A stretch of 64,000 nt of DNA from the human T2T-CHM13v2.0 reference genome, Homo sapiens. How positions within the stretch are numbered: position 1 is the first letter of the stretch; every line of letters starts with the position of its first letter. Both the position numbers and the translations under genes were made by a program. This document shows, in pieces, positions 53,301-64,000 of this stretch. Location of the stretch: assembly GCF_009914755.1 (NCBI RefSeq), contig NC_060926.1, one strand, 5' to 3'. The notes beneath the pieces are model-generated. The model ran no database searches. It was not told the origin of the DNA and worked only from the letters and a program-made list of their open reading frames with translations.

Positions 53301-53679
53301 GTCCCCCAGCAGCTGTTATTGGCTTCTCAGTCTTTTGCTAAATATGAGCAAATTGGGATTTGGCCAAGCTCTTAAGGATTTCCAGGGCTTCTTTTCCAAG
53401 GTTCCCTCCTCTCTGGTGCCGCACCCCTAAAATTCTAGCCACCTGGCAGCCCCAAATTTCTATCTCTTTTTCCTCTGCTCAGCAAGATCACCTTCTATTT
53501 AATCTCTATTTTCCTAAGCTGTGGCTTAAAATTGCCCCCATGCAGAAAACCAGGGTCAATGTGGAACTCACCTCCTGTGCTCTTCTCAGGGTATACAGTC
53601 CAATGCTGTCCTCTGTTCCGTGTCCAAAAGTAGTTGCTTCAAATATTTTGTTCAATTTTATAGTTGTTTAATGTGAAAT

Positions 53680-54193
53680 GATATGATACACTGAGTCTAA
53701 GATGGTCCCCTGTTTTCTCTGACTCTTAATGTTTATTCCCTTTGTGTGTGGGAAGGAGCCGTGACCTGCTTCTAACCATATAGAATATGCCAAAGGTGAT
53801 GGGGCTTACAGGCATATGTGTACCTGATTTCTGAATATGGGTATATTACATAAGATAGTAGTGCCTGTTCTATTGCAGTCTCTCCCTTTCCCCTGCTGAC
53901 TTTGAAGAAGCAAACTGTGATGTTATAAGCTGCCTGTGGGGAGGGCCATGTAGCAGGAAACTAGAGGGTAATCTCTTGCCACAGGCAATGCACACAACTA
54001 GGGCTCTTAGTCCAGCAGCTTCCAGGGAACTGATGAGACCCCAGCCATGGTCAATACCTTGATTGCAGTCTTGCAGAAATCCAGTTAAAGAGTGCCCAGA
54101 ATCCTAACCCATAGAAACTGTGAGATAATAAATGGGTGATATTTTAAGCTATGAAGTTTGTGGTACTATTGTTATGCAGCCAAAGACAATACA
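53680..54193 (+). mobile_element. MLT1E-like LTR
   Basis: tctaagatggtcccc..gtgacctgcttctaacc..tagaatatgccaaaggtgatgg..agaaactgtgagataataaat..gttatgcagc..aataca. Confidence 0.8.
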
Positions 54194-54414
54194 GATAAAT
54201 CTGATCCTACCAACTCCTCTGTGACCATCCTTCCTTTGTTGGCAACCATAGACCTCCATGGGCCTAGGAAAGGTTAGGGGATGAGGTGTCTTATGCATCA
54301 TGAATTCTCAACTAACAGACACCTCCCAATCTCTTTTAGTATATGCCTCAAAGCATCCCCTTTTATCCCAGTATTCAACAGTCCATTCTTAGAGCTTCTT
54401 TATTCTTTGAATTA

Positions 54415-55130
54415 AACATTCATCCATTCAACAAAGTTGTACAAAGTCTCCTATATGACAGTCCCCATGCTTGGCACTGAGGAAGAAAAGATGAGTTAAG
54501 CATTGTCCCTGCCTTCAATAAAGGCACAATGCAACTCACTTTATATATTTATCTTATTTAGTATTCACAATAGGCCTATGAGGTGGGCACCATTATTGTC
54601 TGTATTTTGCAAATTAGGAATTAACACTCAAAAAGGTTGAATCACTCATCATAGACATACAGCTAATGTGTAGTATAACTGGGTCATAATTTGAACTCAG
54701 GATTTTTTTATGCCAAAGTCTTCCCATTACATCATACTAAATTACTGCCTAGTGTGGGAGACAGACAAAAGAAAAACGTTATTATAACTCACTGTAATGA
54801 ATACTCTACTAGAGGAAGCAAGGAGAGACTAGGGAGCAGAGAGAGGAAAGTTTTGAAATCAAGAAAGGTTATCATGGGAAGTGGGCAGCTGAACTGGATC
54901 TTTCTGGCTATCAAAGACAGAAGCAGTGCTGGGTCAGAGAGAGCAGCAGGAGGGCAAAGCCACACAGTGTGGCACCTGCTGGGGAGAATCCACTCAGTCA
55001 TGGTGGTGGAAGTGTGGGAAGAGTGGCATGTAGGGGAGGATTCCAGTCACTAGGATGAAAGCGCGAGGATGGGAACTAGATGGTGAGGGTCTCCCTTATG
55101 GCATGAGGAAGCATGGCAGGATGACTCAGA
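54415..55130 (-). mobile_element. L2 3' fragment interrupted by a MIR (about 54535-54740)
   Basis: cattcatccattcaacaaa..tgtccctgccttcaa; MIR core cctatgaggtgggcaccattatt..ttttgcaaattaggaa. Confidence 0.55.
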
Positions 55131-56329
55131 CCACTGAAGGCCACGGGACCTCTGACCACAGGGGAATCTGGGACAACCAGTGTCAGCCACTCTGCACCAG
55201 GCATGCCATGGCTGCCTCCCTATCATTCCCACTAAGAGAAAATGCTCCACCCATGGCCTTTGCTGAAGAGGTGGTCTATGGAACCGTGACTATACCCATG
55301 ACCTCATGCTTCTGTCCACAGATGATTGACCCAGGACTAGATATGCATTTTTGCTTTCCTCCTGGGTCCATGTAATTAGCACAGCACACCAGGAGATCCT
55401 GCAGGTGTGGCTGAGATGCAGACCTTGAGGATCAGGACCATCGTGGGCACCAAGGCTGTCCAAAGCCACAGATGAGCTTAGGTACCAGAGCATCCAACAA
55501 GTCACAGACCAGCCAGTCTACAGAGGAAAATAGATGAGTGGAGCAGAAACCCAGAGGGATGCAGTGGTGAAACTGAGACCCCAAAGGAACAGAGGAGGAA
55601 AGATGGCCTGAGGAACTCCCTCCTGACTCCCCATTTCTCACAAGGTCAAGTTGTATGTCCTGTTCCTCAATGCCAAAAGAATTCCCTACGTACTCACACA
55701 CACACACACACAAACTTTTATACATGAGTTAGTTTGAGTAAGTTGCTGTTGGTTATAATGAATGACTCCTGCTCTGTTCAAGACCCTTGATTGCACGTGA
55801 CAAAAACCCGCACTGACTTGTTCCATCACAAAAGGATGTGCTCAGTCATATAACTGAGAAGGATGGGGTGGGAGTGGGGTTGATGGCATCCCACACAACT
55901 GAATCCAGGATGCAGGTCATGCCCTTGGTGAGCCATTCTGCTGGCAACCCAGAGTCACATTCTTCCAGGACTGCGACCCCATGGGAAGAGACAGTCTTTC
56001 CACTACCAACAGGAGAAAAATCCTGGGGAAAAACTCGTGCCAATCCTTGTGATCTGCAGAAGACCTGAGGACCAGGTATCTTACCCAAAAAAGGAAGAAA
56101 AGGGAGGTCCCTGCTGGGTGGCCCAATATAATAGCTACCACATTTCTAAACTAAGCTGGAACCAAAGAACAGGCAGCCCATTCACTGCAAACAACCTAAG
56201 ATACACAGAGAATCCATCAATACCTGGTCCACACAACTCAAGCATGTGAGCAAATGGAAAGCCCTTGGGGGTCTACCCTCTCCCCACCTGCCTCCAAACA
56301 CCAGGCCGACAGGGGTGCCCCGGATTACA

Positions 56330-56520
56330 GGAAGCAGCTGGCAGAGCAGAAGGAGTTCAGTCCATCAGAGACCTAGACGTGTGTCTCAAATCTGCTGTTC
56401 ACTAGCTGTGGGATCTTGCGCAAACTGCAGGACCTCTCTGAGACTCCAGTTTTCATTAATAGAATGGAAGAAAAATTGTCCACATCACAAAGTAACTGTG
56501 AGGTTTACATCATGATGAAA
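56330..56520 (+). mobile_element. MIR fragment
   Basis: cagagacctag..tcactagctgtgggatcttg..acctctctgagactccagtttt..gtgaggtttacat. Confidence 0.55.
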
Positions 56521-57949
56521 AGGTCTATAATGTTAAATAAAGAAAAAAGACAGAAGCACAAGAGGCAATATTATACATCCAGGTAGGCTGCATACAGCCC
56601 TGTGAAAAATTCCTGCACGCAGAAAACATCAAAAACTATGCAAGTGACATCAGTGGTTATCTCTGAGCAACAGAGCTTGAGGAGAAACTGTTTCTGACTG
56701 ATCACATTTCTTCCTATTTGTCATGTCATACCTGAGAATTTGAGTTTTTGGCTCTCCAATTCTGCTGTGGCAATGCCCTGCCCCCGACAGCAGGCAATGG
56801 TCATACTCATTTTTCAGTTGCCCAAACGGGACAATTTCAGTGTAAAGGGCATTACTAAGGATAAGTGAGTTCTGTTACAATAGCAGTATATTCTGTTGTG
56901 AGTTCTGTTACAATATCAGTATATTCTTCTATGCCTGCATTATACATGCCCCAACAGAATAAAGGTCTTTTCCTTTAACATCGGGGGAGAACCTTTTTCT
57001 TCAACCACTATCTTGAGATGAATCCCAATCCCTCATACTGTAAATTCAGTGCTATCTTCCCATGTCTGGCCCTTCCTTCAGAGACAGCAGTCAGATGGCA
57101 TTCCCCAACTGCACATGATTCTCCCACACAGCCCATCCTTCCAGAATCCTCCCAGCCAGCCAGCTCCCTGCTCCTCCACTCCCTGCCATAAATGGCTCAG
57201 AAGGGCCCTTCGCATGCCAGTCATCCTTGTCCTCCTGCTGTGAAGATTCCTGAGCTACAAACACAGTAGGGCTTTGCTTTCTGGGCAGGCAGTGCTTTGG
57301 CAGAAGCACATGCTTCTCAGAGAAAGGCCCCCTGGAATGTAGAGACTGCTCTCCCCTTCTCTAGCGGGGTGAGTCCTGCAAGTCATTAACAGGGGTTTGG
57401 AGAAGGGGGTGAGTCCTGCAACTCACTAACAGGGGTTCAGCTTTGTCATCTATAAAATGGGGGCAATTTGACTCACCTTACAGGGTTACTTTGAAGATTA
57501 AAGGTAATGAAAGTAAAGCACACAACCTGGTACCTCAAAAGCTTCCAATGAATGTGGCTTTTGTCCCTGGGAAAGTTAACTCCTAGCCAGCTACCTAAGC
57601 AAGAGCCTCCCTGGCTCCCTCGAAGCCTGCTCTCTGCCTCTGACCCTCTCCTGGGGGTTGTAAAGATCTGTAAAAGTCTGGTGGAATAAGTGGTAGCTCT
57701 CGTAGCATAGGGCTCCATTTGGCGGACGGGAAACCGAGGCCCGGAGACATCAAGCTCTAGGGAAGGTTAAAGCCGGCCGCCAAATTCCTCGTCCCTCTCT
57801 CCAAGAGGCGGCATCTGTTTTCCTGCCCTTGGGTCGGCCTGGCCCTGAGAGGTCAGCAGGAGTCTGCGGCAGTGGCTCTGTGCCTATCTGGGTCTTGCCT
57901 TGCGGAGGAACTTCCTCTTCTCCCCTCCTCAACACTGGCTTTTAGGGTC

Positions 57950-58385
57950 CTCCCTGGAGGAGCACAGCCACAGGAGCGGCTCGCGTGGGCACTGACTACC
58001 GTCGGGAGCCCCAGCCAGCTCCCAGTCGACAGTCAGCACCACTGCCAGCCCCGGGAGGGCCAGCCCCGTGGGAGGACCAATCCCGTGGAGGACCAGCCCC
58101 GTGGGAGGACCAGTCCGTGGAAGACCAGCCCCGTGGGAGGACCAGCCTGTGGAGGACCAGCCCCGTGGGAGGACCAGCTCGTGGAAGACCAGCCCCGTGG
58201 GAGGGCCAGCCCAGTGGGAGGATCAGCCCCCTGGGGTGTCAGCCAGCCGAGCCTGCAAATGCAGCAGCCCCAGTCGACACCACGTGGATCAGAAGAACTC
58301 GTAGAAACGTGCGAGAATAAAATGGTAGTTTTAAGCCACTGAGTTTGGGGGTTGCTTTGTTTCATAGCCAATATTAATAGATACC
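57950..58385 (+). mobile_element. MLT1G/H-like LTR remnant hosting a minisatellite
   Basis: cagtcagcaccactgccagcc..cagccccagtcgacaccacgtggatcagaagaac..gttttaagccactgagtttgggg.. Confidence 0.65.
58045..58236. repeat. GC-rich minisatellite, about 12 units alternating 17 bp (CCAGCCCCGTGGGAGGA) and 15-16 bp
   Basis: Units parsed directly from the sequence; about 32-bp higher-order period. Confidence 0.95.
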
Positions 58386-59059
58386 CGAGGCATTGGTTTT
58401 GGCGAGGGCCACGCACAGCGCAGGTCGGGGCCTGGGAGCCCTGCAGGGATCAGATGGGGGCTAGGGGAATCTGGTCAGGCCCAGAGCCGGGTTCCCGACC
58501 CCAGCTCCGAAGCAGCTTTCTGGCTACGGCCGCGCAAGCCGCGGAGCCAACTGCGGGGCTCTATCTCCCCCTGGCGGAGCAGAGCTGGTACTTCAGAGCG
58601 CTGCCTGACAAGCCCGCTCCCCCGCGCCACCTGCTCGCCCTATTTCTGGACCCGGAGCCGGCCCCTGGCCCCGGAGGCCTCCAGCTGCCAGGATAGCTCG
58701 GCTGTGAGGCCGGGCCTGCGGCTGTACCAGCCCTGGCTGCCTGGGTCAACAAGAGTGCCAGCCCCCGGTGCTCAACCGGGCTGCCAATGGGGTTGGAGAA
58801 GACAGCAGGAAGCACTCTCCTAATAAATGAGGGGCTTCTGGAGAGGAGCTGGAAGCAGGGCTGGCACTGGAGGGGCTGCCTTAAGATACGCCTGCCCAGG
58901 GGCTCGGCCAGCAGACAGAGGCCTTGCCTTCATCAGCACTGGGCCTTGCAGGGCCTAATGAAGACAGTCCCGGAACGGGAGTGAGGCTCCAGAGCTAAGG
59001 GGTCAGCCAGCCCCTCCCCTCCGCCCACAGGGAATGCCACCCAGCTGTAACGTCTGGTT

Positions 59060-59520
59060 TGTTCATGTAGTAAAATATGCATCACAAGAAGTTTGCCACT
59101 TTAACCATGTTGAAGTGGCATTAAGCGCATTCACATTGCTGTGCAACCATCTGCACCTTCCGTCTCCAGAACTCTGCCTCTTTCCAAACTGAAACTCTGC
59201 ACCCACAAAACACTAATTCCCCCTTCCCCTTCCTCCAAGCCCCTGGCACCCACCATTCTACTTTCCATCTGTATGAATTTGCCTATTCTGGGGACCCCAT
59301 GTAAGTGCAATCGTACGGTATTTTGTGACTGGTTTCTTTCACTCAACATAATGTCCTCAAGGTTCATATTCGCTGCAGGTACATGCTGCGTTTTGTTTAT
59401 CCTTCATCTGTCGATGGACACCTGGGCTGCTTCCACCTTTGACTATTGTAAATAATGCACTATGAACGTGGGTATACAGATATCTGTTTCAGTCCTTCCT
59501 TTCACCTCTTTCTAGATATT
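59060..59520 (-). mobile_element. L1MB-type 3' end
   Basis: gtggcattaagcgcattcacattgctgtgcaaccatc..ccaaactgaaactctg..ccaccattctactttc..ttttgtgactgg. Confidence 0.85.
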
Positions 59521-59659
59521 GTAAAAAGTACTCTTTTGCCTCTCCCTCTGTTGACCACAAAATGAAGAGATGTAAACCTGCCTACCCAACCCCACACCCT
59601 GTACCAAAGGCTGGCTTGCGATCAAAACTCCCATTCCTAAGCCCCTTGCCTTTCCCACC

Positions 59660-59890
59660 AGTTTAATAAAAGTGAACATTGACAGAGCAGTGACCACATG
59701 GCACTGCCTTACAGACACTTTAATTCCCTCAGCAACCCTGGGAGGGAGGCATGATTATCTTCCTACTTTACAAATAAAGAAACTAAGGCTCAGAAAGGGC
59801 ACAGACCCCACTGAAGTCACCGGCTGATAGGTTGCAGAGTCACAACTTGAAGTCAGGCCCATGTGAGTCCAAACTGGCTCCACACCCACA
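59660..59890 (-). mobile_element. MIR
   Basis: tttaattccctcagcaaccctgggagg..attatc..tttacaaataaagaaactaaggctcagaaagg. Confidence 0.75.
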
Positions 59891-61301
59891 CCCTGCTCCA
59901 CACAGCCCCGCCCCAGCCCCCAACATGAGCAGCCCATCCTCTGCGGCTCCCTCCTGTCTCCCAAGCCTGACTGTTGATACTGTTTCTCCATCTTTCATCT
60001 TTTTCTTCCCCTGCTGGACAAAAAGTCATGCGGTCCTTCCCTCTAGGGGAGGCTGTGTGGTACATGGCTGACCCTGCTAGATAAGCAGCAGCCCTAGTTA
60101 CCTTGGGAGCCGAGGCGTGCCCCAGCCACTCTCCCTGGCCCCAGCTCAGGACAGCAGTGAGGACTGTACCCCTGGCAGTGGCTTCTGGGTGATGTTAGGG
60201 GAAAGGAGACAAAGGGCTCTCTCAGCCAGCGCCTACTCATTCTCACCTCACTGGATGGGTCACCCTTCCCAGGAGGCAGAGCCCTGCAGTGACCTACAGG
60301 CAGCTTCAGCCCCAGGCCCTGCCTGTGCTCCCTGGGAGGTCAGGACAGGGCCAGGTGGGTGCCAAAGTCCAGAAGGATGAGTCTCAGTCTTCCAGAGCAG
60401 CCATTGGCAGAAAGTCCCTGAGGACACAGACCCTTGGCTCCAGTTGACTGAGACATTTGTGTTCAGTCTCCCTTGACCAGACCCAGGAGAGGAAGAAGGT
60501 GGCAGATGGAGTGGCTGGCTCAGCATCCAACCGCCTGGGAACCCCCACCAGGGAGGAAAGGATTCACCTAGGGAATGGCTGGACCTCATATGACAGAGGG
60601 GGACACCTTGACAACTGAGTTTCACCCCAGACACCATCATCAGGGCAGCAGCCAACAAGGCCCAGCAGCAAAGGGCCCAATCCTCTGTCCACAGTGGGTG
60701 TCTATCGCCCCAGTGCTGGGGTCGGGGGTGAGAAGTAGGGGGCAGGTTTCTTCACAGTCCTAGGGAATAGCTGTGTGTGCTCTCTGCTCTCAGCTTTCAG
60801 AAGCTCAAGCTCCAGCCTCAGCATCAAAAAAACACACAGAACCTCAGAGCCACACACCTTGAAGACCATCCCATCTAGTCACAGGTTTTTAACTGGATGA
60901 TTTCAGAGTCTGTGAACCCTTAAACCCAAACGAAATGAGGCTAAGTGGGGATTTTTCTGAGCAGAGTCCGTAGCTTTCATCATGTACAAGGTGGTTCATG
61001 ATGCAGGAACTTCCAGACCCCCAAAAACCCTCCTTCTCAGGTGGAAAGTTTAAGGGGCTGGGAGGGAAAGGGGCCTCTCCACGGTCACACAACACATTGG
61101 ACCACAGGGCCAACCCTGGATCCCAGGCAGCCTGGCCCCACGAGGGTGCAGAAACCCTCCACAGCCCCCACAGACTCCACAGCCCTGGTCTCGGGAGGTA
61201 AGAGGACTGGCCACTGAAGCGGGAGGAGGGGTGGAGGGGAAGGGAGACGGGCAGTACATGACCATGGACGCCTCCGTGAGGAAGCAGCTTCCTGCTGGAA
61301 A

Positions 61302-61965
<664 letters not shown>

Positions 61966-64000
61966 GAAAGAGCGCTTTGAATACTATAAACTTCAACAAA
62001 TGTAGGGAGCAGTAAATGAAGAGAAAATTGCCTTGGTCAAAAACATAAGGAAGTTGTGCATAAAAACAGTAGAAAAAATGTTCCCCAAGACTCCTTAAAG
62101 ATTTAATGTATTTAGAGCCAGTTTTACAAACATAATAATTACAGAGTAAAAAAAATATGTTCTTTTGGGTCAGATATGCAATGGAAAAAGGGTAAGAAAA
62201 GGGATTATAGAAAGCATTTAGATTTCATGCACATTGAGCAATAGACCAAAAAGTAGAGTTTGGAAGGTGCCCAAGTTTCAGGATTTAAATTCTGCCCTCT
62301 GTTATTCACTATATGGAAGAACTTTCATCATTGAATGGTTCAACCATGTACATCTTTTACATAACTTCCTAAGTTAGTGGGTGATCAGTAAAATTGCCCA
62401 AGCAAGAAAGAGCCCAAGACAAAAAAAAAAGAAAAAATAGGAACCCCAGCCTTCAAGAAAACAGTGCTGCTGTGTCTACCCTGAGTGCAGCAGGGCAGCA
62501 GCTTCAGTGGAGGCCAGGCAGGGCCTCCAGAGCGGGAGCCTAGGTGTCCCTCCACGAGTCCCCAGGGCGGCTGTGGTCAGCCCTCCCCCTGGCCTCCTGA
62601 GGTCACTCTCAGGGAACAGGTTCTGGCCTAGTATCTCCCAGCTGCTCCACCTCCTGGGATTGGAAGGTGGCCTGGATCTGTCTGGTCATTAACGCGTGTT
62701 TAGGTAGCAAAACAATGTAAAGTGTATGTTTTTTAAGACTGCAAATGTTGGAGTCTCCTCTGCAGGCTCCCCAGGCACAGTGGCCAGCCCTTTCGGGCCC
62801 CAGCCAGCTTTTTAGCTAGTTTCGCAGAGCCCAACCTCAGCTGAAATTCTGAGAGAACAGGACCTCGCTGTGGGAGGCGGAGCCCGGGGGGCCAAGCCCA
62901 CACCTCTGCCCTCCTTTCTTCCAGCTTTTCTTTTAGACTGGACGGCCTGGTAGGGAGCATCCCAGAGCATGAGGGCTCTGCCAGCAGAAGGCATTTGAAT
63001 TTAATTCTGGTGAAAGGCCCAGGGGCCAGCGTCCCTGTGTCTGTGTAGCACCCCAGGACTCTTGGAGGCCCGGTAGGCCCACCCAGCAGGGACACAAGCC
63101 CCAGAGAGTCCCCAGAGAGGCCGAGATGTGAAGACCCCTGGGACTGCTCGACGGGAGGCGAGAAGAGACCTCACAGCCAGAAGAGGGGGAGCTGCCCCTG
63201 CTGGCCCTGCCCTGCCCGACTCACGCAGCGAGGTGCCGCATCAGACTGAAATGTAATTAGAGTGTAATGCAAGCCAGGACGCGCGGAGACTCTTAATTGA
63301 AAATTCCATTTCCAGCCCCATCACGGCTCACAGCGCCGATGCTATCAGAGATAGACGCGGCCAGCACCCGCAGCTCAGCCCCACACACCCCACCCAGCCA
63401 GCACCACCCCGCCACTGCCCCCCACTTCGTGCTGCAGGGCCTGCGCCAGGCCACGTCAGGGACATTTCTCGGGGGAGGCCGAGAGGGGCGTGTTGAAGAG
63501 GGGTCTTAGCTGAGACTGCCCTGAGTCTCCACCGCTCCCCCGGGTCACCTGCCTCCCAGGCTCTGCAGTCACGTGGGGCACCTGAGCTGGGGAAACACAC
63601 ACGGGGTGGGGGAACACGCTGAGCCAAGCCTGGCCCCTCCACACACATTCTCCTCCCCATGCATCCTCTCGGGTGCTTTATGGTTTTCAAATGTGCATTC
63701 TACAGGTGACAGAACAGCGGCTCTGAAGCTCACACCTCGCCCACCCTGTCACCCAGCTGCGGCTCGAGTGCAGGAACAGTCACTTTCAAAGCAGGCGTTC
63801 TTGTGACTGCTGATGCCGCCCAGGCCGCGTCTTCTGTAGGGCACACTTCTTGGGGCAGGGTGGGGGCACCGCCTGCAATGGGCAGCTCCCCAGCCACCGC
63901 GATTGATCCAGAAGACGCCAGAAGCAAACAGGGCAACGCAAAGCTCCCTCACTCAAACAGGACTTTTGAAAGGACAGATGCAGAAGCTGGGAGTCGCTGC

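Larger units (their letters stand above)
57720..58800. promoter_or_regulatory. CpG-rich, island-like region with a CTCF-like motif
   Basis: Visibly high GC and CpG retention against a CpG-depleted background; CCGCCAGGGGGAGAT on the minus strand at 58563-58577. Confidence 0.55.

Noticed and set aside
55140-55900. Possible very old MLT1-type LTR remnants
   Set aside because: Too degenerate for me to assign a family or boundaries by eye.
57872-58416. Overlapping repetitive-peptide ORFs
   Set aside because: They are an artefact of a stop-free GC-rich minisatellite.

Overview
This is eukaryotic, simian-primate genomic DNA (human-like, based on AluY/AluS, THE1 and L1PA8-type elements), either intergenic or deep intronic. 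I find no credible host protein-coding exon, RNA gene or CRISPR array. Well over half of the window is transposable-element sequence, much of it in two large nested stacks. The first (about 8.57-19.59 kb) is an MLT1B-like LTR split by Tigger3, split by a near-full-length L1MA, which carries a full-length THE1D and two Alus. The second (about 35.6-53.7 kb) is an old L1 hosting several LTRs and Alus, plus an MLT1F-like LTR split by a deletion-collapsed L1MB/L1PA7-like chimera and a full-length but dead L1PA8-like element. Non-TE structure includes a 92-bp inverted repeat pair at 105-196/996-1087, two minisatellites with alternating-unit higher-order structure (33.1 kb and 58.1 kb), a CpG-rich region with a CTCF-like motif (57.7-58.8 kb) and several motif-dense candidate enhancers. 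TE subfamily names come from recalled consensus sequences, not a database search, and boundaries without a stated TSD are approximate. I see no convincing evidence of a new biological system; the findings are leads to test.
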